In this document: positions 40,601-49,554 of the stretch, piece after piece
Layout of the letters: every line of letters starts with the position of its first letter
Position numbering within the stretch: the first letter of the stretch is position 1
DNA from: a virus
Strand: one strand, 5' to 3'
Length of the DNA: 64,000 nucleotides
IMG/VR virus record: IMGVR_UViG_3300001460_000016
Span: 13,116 to 77,115 of that record
The notes under the pieces: generated by a model
Database searches by the model: none
The model's input: the letters and a program-made list of their open reading frames with translations, nothing else
What the model was told of the DNA's origin: nothing
Translations under genes and position numbers: made by a program

Positions 40601-43600
40601 TTGAGATGTACAATCTACCATTCTGGTAAAGATTATCTCGTTGTCCGTTGTCCAGTGAGAATAAGTTAAATACATCGGCGGTTGCTGAAATACCTCCATC
40701 GAAGGCAGAAACGAATGAGTAGATATCATTATTCGATAATTCGAAGTATTTCAATCCAGTGGCTGATGTTTTAATATCACCTGTTGCGAGTGTGGTTGAA
40801 ACTTCTTTTAGTTTCTTGAATCTAATTGGACTTGTGGTAATACTTTCACCCGGATTTACATCCAACATGGCAATAAGATCAAACTTGGTAGTATCTGGAT
40901 ATGTCCCAGTACCACCGCCAGTGTTCTTGGTTACAGTTAATTTGCCTAGGTCACCGAAATCTGTGTTGTTGGTTCTAAGTGTAAAGGCATCTGAGAACAG
41001 ATCCATAATCTTACCATTATTATCTACCATGATATAGTTGTTTAGATCAGTTCCATCTACTACACCACCAGAAACTCCACCTCCTACGAATCGAATATTA
41101 GAATTTCCGGAAGAAGCCTCGGCAGATAGATCACTAGGATTATCAAAGGTTATTGGGAATGACTTGATTACTCTGTAGTCAAGAGAATTAATTGTCTTGA
41201 CCACATCTCCTACTGGAACTGGGAAAACTAACTTGTTCTGATCAGGATTGAATACCTTACCAATATAAGTTGGATGAACATCAAACAGTTTACCGCCGGC
41301 GGATTGAACTAATCCAGCTCTGTTTGTTTGTTTTGCGAATCCATAAAAAGCTGAGTTCATTTCATTTAGGAAGAACTTAACACCGGATCTCTTGTTGCCC
41401 ATATTCACATCAAAGAGTGAAACTTGTTGAGCGTCATTTGATTGTTCTTGAATTTGCCTAATTCTTGCTGTACCAATAGTAACTGGAACCTGCGTTGTAG
41501 TATATTGATCCATAGAAGAACCAGCAGTACCAAGGAATCCATTGAAGTATGCACCGTTTAGTCCATAAGAATTCTGAACGGTCGTGACTTTACCTGTTGG
41601 ACTTGGAACAAATCCAGTTACACCAGATGATACCGAGAGAGTTCCTTCTAAAATTGGTTTTGCATTTGCACCAACCTCGAAAGAAGCACCATTAGTTGAA
41701 TCTAACTCAATGAGAAGTGTTGTGTCTTGAACGTCAGCAGAATTTCCTGAGTTCCTTGCCGTGAAATTTACCACCGTACCAGTTGCGTATTTGGTTGGTT
41801 GTGATCCCGGAACATTCTGAGTAACTTTCTCACCGACCGAATAGAATCGACCGGGAACAAAATTACTCTTGGACTGTAGAAGTTGAGTTCCTGTTTCACC
41901 TTCAGTATATGAACCAAAACCATTGAAATTAGCAGTTGTAATATTATAAGGTCCAGCCACATCAACGATATTACTAAAGTTTTCTGAAACGTCACTATTT
42001 GAATTTATACCATTTCCACCATATCCAACGAAAGCCATATCACATGATGTATCTCTAAGACCATATATATAACCAAGATCGCGTTGGAATCCTTGGAAAC
42101 CTGTGCAGATTTCTAATAGGAGTCTGTTTTGACTATTATCCCAACTGATTACGTTACCCTTATTGATTATGTTTGGGTCACCAATATAATTATTATAATC
42201 AATTCTCGAATTGTCCCAGTCATTATATGTAAACTGAACGACTAGTTGTCCGTGCTTATACGAAGTAGAAACAGTTCCACTGTCAATCAATCCCGACGCA
42301 GTTTGATTGTCAACCGCAGCTGATCCGGCATTGAAGTCTGCATCAACTTTACCTTCGTCCTGAAGTACATTTAGATATCCATCACCAACAATACCGGGAT
42401 CGTCTGATTCGAATCTGATCTCTTGTACTGACATGTCAGCAGTAAAACCTGGCCTCAATCCATAATGGAATTGGTAATCTACGGTTGCTCCACTTGAAGG
42501 AGCAGAAGTGGAAACTAAGTCTATAAGACCATTAAATCCAACGGTACAACCAGCTCCGAAACAACCATCACATGTATTACCAAATGCGTAGTTAGGAAGA
42601 ACTCCGGGATAGGAAAGACTACTAAAACCACAAGATGCTGCAAAGTTTACACCTGATACCTGTTCGGCATAAAGAATAGGACCATTTACAGTTAGTACCC
42701 AACCAACAACTTCAGCTATTGCTTCTGACAAATTATTTGGATCAGTGTAAGCATATCCACCACCAGAAGCACCGAGTGTAAAACCTCCGGCCGCCGGACT
42801 TCCGGTTGCTCCATATTGGAATTGTCTCACTACATCACCAATTGCAAAGTTAGATGCAGAGTTGTAACCATTCTGACCAGTAACATAAGCATCCGCAACT
42901 GGAAATGCGTATATATTTTTATTAATGATGGAGTTGATACTAGACCCATATGAAACTGGACTGCAACTTTGAGTTGAACCACTAATTCCAGCCCAACCCT
43001 GTTGAATAACACCACCGGATTTCTCAAACCCTCCGGTCCCTGCTGATTGTAGAATCATCGAACTGCCAGATCTAAAGGTAACAGACTCCGCTGGAACCCA
43101 TCGTCTAGCAACACCACCAGCTCTAACGTAAGCATTTGGTCCGTTTCCTGCACCAAGATCGCCGTCAATATTACCCATAAAAACCTGTCGAACAAACGAA
43201 CAAGTAGCACCGGGAGTTCCTATTTGACCTTTAAAGGAAGCATACTCATTTAAATTGGGTGCAATTCCTCGACCTATATTGTAGTTTACACCACTTCTAT
43301 AATTCTGCCGAAAAGTTATTTTTTGTAGAAAACGGTCTGCACTTGCACCGGGAGAATTTGCACCGGAACTAACATAACCACCTTGATTGTCAATTGCAGT
43401 CGGCAGATAATATGCGGATGATGCGGATCCCACAATTAAAGACGTATCTGATGATTCCATAGTAGCGGAAGCAAAATTATCGATAACAAGAGCACTATCG
43501 AATGAACCGTCATGTTCTGTGGCAAACAAAGGAGCCCAATATCTAATGGTAGCTGTTCCTGCTTCATTGGCCCTATATGGAATGTTGACTTGAATGAACT

Positions 43601-45245
43601 TACCTTTAAGATCTACTTTGGGTAAATTGTTATATTCAAAGGGGCCATCTGTTCCTAATATAGAAACACCAGAATCGAATGGGTAACTGTCAAATCTATT
43701 TCCAGAATATTTGATTGCTACATCATTGACGGGGAGTGCATCTGTCTCTGCAACGATAAAATTGCCTAAATTAGCATTTAGATTAGCACCAATTAAAGAC
43801 TCGTCTGTTCTTGCTCTGTCCGAAGAGATATTTGTTTTAGATTGTGTTTCAAATTCATAACCAAAAACATAAGCCTTACCGGGATTTATGGATACGGCCA
43901 ACTTAGATGCAGTACCACCTTGTTCTGTACTGTAAATACCTGTCGAATCTGGCAAGAACGATATTGCGCTTACAGTTCCGGTAGCTGGATCTGGACTTCC
44001 ATTGTTGGTCATGCTGATACCAGTTGCAAATCTCCCAGAATCCATGTCTACGATTAATCTCTGTGCGGTAGAACCGATGAAGTTTGTTCGATCTAATACA
44101 TTGAGAACCTCAGCAGTAACACCATTATTGCTAACATTATCTCCAATACCAAAAGTTGCCGCGGCCGAACTTAGGGTAACATCTACTTGATACTTGTCAA
44201 TTCTAAGATTGTTTAGAATAGTAGCATTGAATGGTGTAACGGTATAGTTACCAGATTCGTCGAATGTTCTTCTTGCAAGTGTCTTTTCTAATTCAGCATA
44301 TTGTGTCTTGCTATATCGTTTAGTAATCTTACCGTTTTCAACTCGAAGGACATCTACGAAGTCTTCGTCAATAAATTCAGACGGAGTATTCGTGGTAATG
44401 TTCAGAACCTTGGAACTGAAAACAGGATCTACTTGATACCGATCGGCACCGGGTGCAGAGTAGTTATAAGAACCCTTGGCAGGATCGACAAGAGTAGGAT
44501 CGTCGATGTTGTCAATAATCTTCTTGTTAATTTGAAGACCGACTCGGTTGGTTGGGAATTGATAAAGACGAACGCCCGCTGATGCACCTGCCGCAGTTCC
44601 TTCTTCACCAGAAGATGGACTTTCAATTTGATTGGCTGTCGATAATCTAAAAGGTAAATTAGTTTGTGGGTTGATGTAAACGAAGAAACCGTCAACGTAG
44701 AACACACCAGTATCGATGGAACATGCCAGTGCATCGCCTGTTGGTGCAACTAAATCGGATGTTGTTGATTTTACTGCAAAGTTTATATTCTGAGTTTCAC
44801 TGTAAATTTGATCACCCAGACCGAATGAATCAGCAGCAGTTCCACCACCACTTAAATATTGAAGAAACACAACGGGGAAAGTATCTACACCAGTAGAGAG
44901 AGGAGCTTCTGTTGAAATTACTCTCGCTCGTAGATTTGATTTATCACCTGTACCAGTTAAGAAGTCACCGGCAATAAGAGCTCTGTTTGCTTCACTTAAA
45001 CCTGTGGTGCGAACATAACCTACGTTCTTTTCTGTCAGACCAGAACCGAGAACCGGAGTTCCGTTCTTAAAGACATGATCTCCAAAACGCTCAATCTGTG
45101 TTTGAAGGGCGGTTTGGAGTTGAGTGAGTTCTCTTGCTTGAACGGCGAATCCTGGCTTGAAAAGAATCTTAAGATAATTCTTTGTCTTGTCAAAATCGTC
45201 GTAGTATGGATCTCCCGATGTTAATTCAGGGTCATATGAAGGCAT
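37638..45245 (-). CDS. Very large virion structural protein (DUF4815 / VrlC-like, baseplate-associated)
   Basis: PYYDDFD..KNYLKILFKPG.AVQARELTQLQ, APGADR, LARRTFDESGNY, FTMRDIGRLE.RI..IEYY..LSLLE, DRFKNG..VD.F, P.VKDLR.IALA. Confidence 0.88.
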   Translation of the reverse strand: MPSYDPELTSGDPYYDDFDKTKNYLKILFKPGFAVQARELTQLQTALQTQIERFGDHVFKNGTPVLGSGLTEKNVGYVRTTGLSEANRALIAGDFLTGTGDKSNLRARVISTEAPLSTGVDTFPVVFLQYLSGGGTAADSFGLGDQIYSETQNINFAVKSTTSDLVAPTGDALACSIDTGVFYVDGFFVYINPQTNLPFRLSTANQIESPSSGEEGTAAGASAGVRLYQFPTNRVGLQINKKIIDNIDDPTLVDPAKGSYNYSAPGADRYQVDPVFSSKVLNITTNTPSEFIDEDFVDVLRVENGKITKRYSKTQYAELEKTLARRTFDESGNYTVTPFNATILNNLRIDKYQVDVTLSSAAATFGIGDNVSNNGVTAEVLNVLDRTNFIGSTAQRLIVDMDSGRFATGISMTNNGSPDPATGTVSAISFLPDSTGIYSTEQGGTASKLAVSINPGKAYVFGYEFETQSKTNISSDRARTDESLIGANLNANLGNFIVAETDALPVNDVAIKYSGNRFDSYPFDSGVSILGTDGPFEYNNLPKVDLKGKFIQVNIPYRANEAGTATIRYWAPLFATEHDGSFDSALVIDNFASATMESSDTSLIVGSASSAYYLPTAIDNQGGYVSSGANSPGASADRFLQKITFRQNYRSGVNYNIGRGIAPNLNEYASFKGQIGTPGATCSFVRQVFMGNIDGDLGAGNGPNAYVRAGGVARRWVPAESVTFRSGSSMILQSAGTGGFEKSGGVIQQGWAGISGSTQSCSPVSYGSSINSIINKNIYAFPVADAYVTGQNGYNSASNFAIGDVVRQFQYGATGSPAAGGFTLGASGGGYAYTDPNNLSEAIAEVVGWVLTVNGPILYAEQVSGVNFAASCGFSSLSYPGVLPNYAFGNTCDGCFGAGCTVGFNGLIDLVSTSAPSSGATVDYQFHYGLRPGFTADMSVQEIRFESDDPGIVGDGYLNVLQDEGKVDADFNAGSAAVDNQTASGLIDSGTVSTSYKHGQLVVQFTYNDWDNSRIDYNNYIGDPNIINKGNVISWDNSQNRLLLEICTGFQGFQRDLGYIYGLRDTSCDMAFVGYGGNGINSNSDVSENFSNIVDVAGPYNITTANFNGFGSYTEGETGTQLLQSKSNFVPGRFYSVGEKVTQNVPGSQPTKYATGTVVNFTARNSGNSADVQDTTLLIELDSTNGASFEVGANAKPILEGTLSVSSGVTGFVPSPTGKVTTVQNSYGLNGAYFNGFLGTAGSSMDQYTTTQVPVTIGTARIRQIQEQSNDAQQVSLFDVNMGNKRSGVKFFLNEMNSAFYGFAKQTNRAGLVQSAGGKLFDVHPTYIGKVFNPDQNKLVFPVPVGDVVKTINSLDYRVIKSFPITFDNPSDLSAEASSGNSNIRFVGGGVSGGVVDGTDLNNYIMVDNNGKIMDLFSDAFTLRTNNTDFGDLGKLTVTKNTGGGTGTYPDTTKFDLIAMLDVNPGESITTSPIRFKKLKEVSTTLATGDIKTSATGLKYFELSNNDIYSFVSAFDGGISATADVFNLFSLDNGQRDNLYQNGRLYISNNGLESAGTVADVKDKKANLAGPISVVYRYFEHSGIGPFVSESYINDSPASGEIKFTFDDIPEYTSPDSGEVINLNKVIDFRPTFNGTSFDAVFLPASGQSFNISYSYFLPRIDKLVLTRDKEFKVIQGVPALEPTTPDKVVDAMELYKFYIPAYTYKSTDVISKFIENKRFTMRDIGRLERRIQQIEYYSTLSLLERQTESLFIKDENGNDRFKNGIIVDQFSGHNIGDVKNEDYNVAMDFENQELRSPFTSRSVDFNVKTLNSLHKTSDNLVMLPFTSESLNTQPLSTSTVNLNPFTVTNWLGRAKLTPPSDNWYDDTQNPDVLVNIEGENDAWKVLGSKAFGTQWNDWKTNWVGSESMSDTILNKNAKGISRTTDVTSSRQLRTGIETRMVPERIVKEIGSMFVDLSVVPFVRSKSIAITATNLRPNTKVHAFFDGANVDEHCTFISGSNTYRLTEADLITDSTGSIPSSVSLTFNIPTGQFRVGEKLFRLTDSATNVVSAANTSAEMIYPVEGLVDTREDITITTRKPNLIRKSVNEERIITDTDTDLFVNESSPTNPVSQTFFVSPSEYPNGVYVDKVSIYFKSKSSTLPVTLQLRPTSNGYPSSSIVYPFAEVVKNASEVNITESPDVASVGSATTFTFSSPVYLLPGEHAVSLKTNSDEYSTYIAVMGDKQIGTEIPVTEQPNLGSLFRSENAGKWEADTTADLMMQVSKCKFTSGGLNVLTLKEEKGSGGYTDEIKLDTGNLNAEVTNWPESRFDIKMRFTPNNPSNVSATSTEFAVTTNESFSFDSSRKINLNASDTNETLILNATISGTDDHVSPVFDLDQISLISVENIIEGAKDLTPGGSNNNGELDPQAKPVSTGSVPRARYISRQVNLADGFESKNIRVILNEYKPQNTDIQVFLKQQPAGEDAPFENEPYVQLTASTTGTFDGFREVEYNLPTDLTEAMGKFTIKVCMYADGAPLNTAVVPRVKDLRTIALA

Positions 45246-45259
45246 GTTTCTATTACTCC

Positions 45260-47728
45260 CTAAAAGTCAATTACGACTTTGATTTCTTCGTCTTGATCTG
45301 GATTTCTTTGCACTGGTCTTACGTTCTCTATGTATAACACTTGTCCGGTATTTCTGAGGAATTCCGGTATAGTTGTTCCTAGAACTTCACCAGTAAAACC
45401 ATTCAGTGAAATTACATTTCCTGCTGTCAGTGAACCAATTGTAGATGTTAGGAACATGTCTACGGTACTTCCGGCCGGTCCTGAAGTTGTTCCTGTTGCA
45501 TAACCAAAACTTACTAGTGTAGAACTAAACTGGTTTGCGTTTGCGTTAACGGATAAGTCAAGAAGACTTGCACTAAGTTGGAATTGCGGACTAGTAAAGA
45601 ACGACTGTACCTTAGTTGTAAGTCTATGTGACTCATCAATATTTACTGGTTGACTTTCAGTTTTGGTAATAGTTCCTACTGGAGAATTGCTTAGTTGAAC
45701 TGTGCCATCTTCTAATAGTGATCGGAAACCAAATACCTTTTCGCCATCTAGTTGAGTTCCGAGTGCAACGCGAGGAGCAATAAACGAACCAACTTTATTC
45801 GTGAGTGTCATAGTTCCTCGTTCACCATCTGCATCAGCAACGAATCGAGTTACTTTGGCAGTAGAACCGGAGTCCATACCGTACACAATAGATCCGATTG
45901 GGAATGATTCATTGACGAATGTCTTACTATGTGTTACGGAATCTACAAAACCACCGAAACTATTTCCGTCTCCGCCAAATGTGTAACCGGTTCCTGTTGT
46001 TTCTCCATAGAAAATTCTACCGGAGGTAACGGAACTTGGTCGTTCATCTGGAATTACACAAGCTCTAAATGACCCGTTATCTACAGACACGGTTAGTTTA
46101 CCGGCGGTATCTGGAATCCAATTAGTCACTGTTCCTCTTGCCTGTGTTGTGCTGTATTCACCTTGATGAATCTTTTGTCCAACAACAAATGCGTCTACTG
46201 GGTGAGTCATTCCCGGTGTTCCCACTGTATGGAAATCTATAACAGCAGTATTATTTTCGTTTCGTATTCTTACATCGGTAAAGTTCGGTGTTGCAGTTCC
46301 CGCAACGAATCCAGCAGTAACTCCCGCAGTCCATCCTGCAAGTTGTGGGTTCTTAATGATTGAGAATTTTCTAAAATCATTAAGAACATCAAACGCTCCA
46401 CCTTCCGAACCCTTCAACAGTGTTCGAATCATTACTTTGTTTGCACCTAATTCGTATGGGGCATTGGAACCATGTCCACCTAGTGGCGAACCAACTGCGG
46501 AAGCTTGGAATCCAATTCCAGCAGCAGTGGAACCTGATGGAGTCAACATCTGAATTGAGGGATCAGTAATACCGGATCCGGGATCAAGAACTCGAATGTC
46601 AGTTATTACCTTCGTAGTGTCTACAATACCATCGGTATCTCTAGGTATACTAACATCAGTAGAGAAAGAAATTCCCTGAAACACTGGATAGACAACAGCG
46701 TTCTGTTCAGATGTATTCCCAGTTCCACTTGCAACATAGATGTAAGGTACAATATTAAAATACGCCGGGGTACTGGAACTTGGTACAAACGATGGGGTAT
46801 TTTCAAACCTTGTAGTGAAAACATCTCCACCAGATGTTCCGAGAATTTTCTTATAGAAACCTATTTTAGTATAGGAAGTTGGATTATTCGGTACATTATC
46901 TGTTCCCATATCAAGATCAGTTAGTGCCCAGTCTGTATACTGTCCGGCGGCATATGAATTGTTTACTGTCCATTTGCAAGCATCTACGTCTCCGAGTGGA
47001 GTAGGGAATACTGATGTGTTATCCAAACCATAAACTGAATGCTTTATGTAGAATGTTCCATCAGAACTATTTCCCTTCCTCATTATTTCTGATCCGGACC
47101 AGTAACTTCCAGAACGATCTAGTTTAACTCCGAATACTCCACCATTCGAGGCATTTTCCTGAACCTCTCGTTGAAGGTATTCGATTGTTCCAATCTTGGT
47201 AGTGGAACCTGCAACCGAAACGGGAATATAATCGTCGGTGACAAAATCTAAATCTTCTTCTTTGAGTTGATACATGAACTGCCAAGAATAACCATCGGCA
47301 CCGGGAGTTTGATAATCTGGATAAGTATGTGTTGGTTGAACTGTAGACGCAGTAGAACCTGCATTATTATCAAGACACTTATAGACTCGATACTGTGGTG
47401 TCATTACATAGAACGGTTTTGATTCGTATGTCGCAGATCGAAAGATCTCATTCGTATCTGAGAATTGAGAATATGTTACTCCAGATGTCCAGTCGTATCT
47501 TTTTGCTACGAGTCTCGCATCTTTACTTGTAATTTTCTTTGCAGCGATAGCAGAAGACCAAGAACTAAATTGGTTACTAGACGTATCCATAGAAGTTGGT
47601 GGTGTGTTTTCGTTTGGCCATGTTTCTGGCCGAGAAATCATCAGAAAGAAAGAATCCGAGTCACTTGAAAAGTCATCAAGAAACGATTCTGCTGCTGATA
47701 CATTGAAAGAAAATTGCAAGTTGGACAT
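45260..47728 (-). CDS. 8: Baseplate wedge subunit gp8-like (extended)
   Basis: RYDWTSG..Y, FYVMT...VYKCLDN, DGYSWQFMY, GGHGSN...ELGA, NDFR...IIKNP, G.VLYIEN..P..R...Q.EEIKVVI.F. Confidence 0.85.
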   Translation of the reverse strand: MSNLQFSFNVSAAESFLDDFSSDSDSFFLMISRPETWPNENTPPTSMDTSSNQFSSWSSAIAAKKITSKDARLVAKRYDWTSGVTYSQFSDTNEIFRSATYESKPFYVMTPQYRVYKCLDNNAGSTASTVQPTHTYPDYQTPGADGYSWQFMYQLKEEDLDFVTDDYIPVSVAGSTTKIGTIEYLQREVQENASNGGVFGVKLDRSGSYWSGSEIMRKGNSSDGTFYIKHSVYGLDNTSVFPTPLGDVDACKWTVNNSYAAGQYTDWALTDLDMGTDNVPNNPTSYTKIGFYKKILGTSGGDVFTTRFENTPSFVPSSSTPAYFNIVPYIYVASGTGNTSEQNAVVYPVFQGISFSTDVSIPRDTDGIVDTTKVITDIRVLDPGSGITDPSIQMLTPSGSTAAGIGFQASAVGSPLGGHGSNAPYELGANKVMIRTLLKGSEGGAFDVLNDFRKFSIIKNPQLAGWTAGVTAGFVAGTATPNFTDVRIRNENNTAVIDFHTVGTPGMTHPVDAFVVGQKIHQGEYSTTQARGTVTNWIPDTAGKLTVSVDNGSFRACVIPDERPSSVTSGRIFYGETTGTGYTFGGDGNSFGGFVDSVTHSKTFVNESFPIGSIVYGMDSGSTAKVTRFVADADGERGTMTLTNKVGSFIAPRVALGTQLDGEKVFGFRSLLEDGTVQLSNSPVGTITKTESQPVNIDESHRLTTKVQSFFTSPQFQLSASLLDLSVNANANQFSSTLVSFGYATGTTSGPAGSTVDMFLTSTIGSLTAGNVISLNGFTGEVLGTTIPEFLRNTGQVLYIENVRPVQRNPDQDEEIKVVIDF

Positions 47729-47744
47729 TTATTATTCCTTAGTT

Positions 47745-47752
47745 TATTTATA
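47745..47752 (-). promoter_or_regulatory. Late promoter TATAAATA (gp8)
   Basis: Exact consensus. Confidence 0.85.
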
Positions 47753-49546
47753 CTACAAGTCTTGCCCGTAATTGTTCGGTACGTCTATAGAACCCTGTGT
47801 TCCCTGAGAACTATAACTGGATCCGGCCACGGGAGGTGAGGTTAATATGTATGGACCTAATATAAAGTCCTGCAATCTAATTGCACCCCATGTCACACCA
47901 TTACCATATGTTGACCTAACTCCTCCATGCCATGTGTTTGGATGTGGGTGAACAATCCACCAATCTATGTTGTTGGATGGCCATCCCGGCATGGTAGATC
48001 CGGTATACTCTCCGTCATCGAATTGACCAAAAAATTCTTGCGTAGCACCAATTCCACCAAACCTGCGAAAGTTTTGACTACTCCACCCAGAAGAAATTCC
48101 AGCACCCAAATCAGAGGCCGCGGTTCTTGTGTTTCCTTGTATATCATATGAATTTGCCGTGTCATAACCATATGGAAAATAATCAATAAGAAAACCATCT
48201 AGAATTGCACTACCCGCTAGATTATCTACAACCACTCCTCGCAAATCAAAATTCGAAGGCAACACACCAGTTGATGCTAATGATGATGTACATGTGACTC
48301 CATTTGAATTATTACCTGCAAGAGCGATAGTATATGGAAAATAATTTGCAAATTGAGGCATCTCATCACGCAGTAGTCCAAACCCACCAACATCTGCTGT
48401 TGCACTTTCCTTTCGGTATACAAAATAATCACCCAGTACAAGTTTACCACTTGGGTGTGCAAATTCTTTTAAGGTGTCTTTGTATTCACTTAAATTTGCT
48501 TCTGTTCTTACCACATATGAATGAATCTGATATCGATAGTTATCTTGTAACTTTTCGGTAGAAGAAACCTTACCATCATTGTTGGTCCAGTATCCCGGTC
48601 TAGTTACTTTTGAATTTTTAATTACTGACAACCCACTTACACCTGTACCAGTTTTTGAATCTACTGTTACTGTGTATGCTACAGGAATTTCAACATAATT
48701 TAAACCGGGATCATCAATCCGAATGGATCTAATTGTTCCGGTTTTTGTTACTGACTCTACAGAAGCTTTGGCTCCTTTTCCAGATAATCCAGAAGACGTT
48801 TTAATAATCACAAGATCATCAGGTTGGTAATTTAATCCGCCGTTAGAGAATGTTATTCCAGATATCATACTCAATAGAGCAGAAGAAAATTGAATTGGTT
48901 GATCAGGTCTAGAAACAACTTTTCCGGGATATGGTGTTGTTCCAATCACCGAGGTCAGTTCCAATTCTAGAATCGGAGTACCATCTTTCTTAAACTGATT
49001 TAAATCTACAATAGTAGCAGAACCTTGCTCGACTGAATTTGAATCAACAAACAGAACTCTCGTATTTCTAAGTGTTCTACTTCTTTCAGGATCTCCATCA
49101 ATACATCTTACGATAGTTGGTTGAATCCATCGACCACCGGAAGCATTAAGTATATCAGTTGAAGGAATGTAAACTTCAGAATATACATCAAACAAAGCTC
49201 TCAGTAAAAACCTAATGGATGATTCTGTACCCTTTGCTAGATAAAAAGATCGAACTCGTTTTAAGACCGATCTCATATCCAGAGTATCTCCCTTTACGGA
49301 AGTGTAATTGTCTGGAAAACCTTTGAATACTTCACTCTTGAAATACTTCACGAAGTCATCAGTAGTCTGATCGATGTCAACCGTACCAAGTAAACTCATT
49401 GGTGCGAAGTAAGAATTGTCCTGTGATTCTAACCACTTATAATATTCTTCGACAAACGTAACAAACAGAGGGTGGTCCTGAACAACAAAGTCAGGAAGAT
49501 TCTCTGAGACTACATCTGAAATTTTATTTCGTGGGTATCTTGGCAT
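47753..49546 (-). CDS. Baseplate wedge protein gp7-like
   Basis: LPDFV..DHP.FV.F...YY.WLE, FY.AKGT..SI.FL.R.LF, LQDNY.YQ..SYVV, HPSG; between gp6 and gp8. Confidence 0.8.
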   Translation of the reverse strand: MPRYPRNKISDVVSENLPDFVVQDHPLFVTFVEEYYKWLESQDNSYFAPMSLLGTVDIDQTTDDFVKYFKSEVFKGFPDNYTSVKGDTLDMRSVLKRVRSFYLAKGTESSIRFLLRALFDVYSEVYIPSTDILNASGGRWIQPTIVRCIDGDPERSRTLRNTRVLFVDSNSVEQGSATIVDLNQFKKDGTPILELELTSVIGTTPYPGKVVSRPDQPIQFSSALLSMISGITFSNGGLNYQPDDLVIIKTSSGLSGKGAKASVESVTKTGTIRSIRIDDPGLNYVEIPVAYTVTVDSKTGTGVSGLSVIKNSKVTRPGYWTNNDGKVSSTEKLQDNYRYQIHSYVVRTEANLSEYKDTLKEFAHPSGKLVLGDYFVYRKESATADVGGFGLLRDEMPQFANYFPYTIALAGNNSNGVTCTSSLASTGVLPSNFDLRGVVVDNLAGSAILDGFLIDYFPYGYDTANSYDIQGNTRTAASDLGAGISSGWSSQNFRRFGGIGATQEFFGQFDDGEYTGSTMPGWPSNNIDWWIVHPHPNTWHGGVRSTYGNGVTWGAIRLQDFILGPYILTSPPVAGSSYSSQGTQGSIDVPNNYGQDL

Positions 49547-49554
49547 TTATTTTC

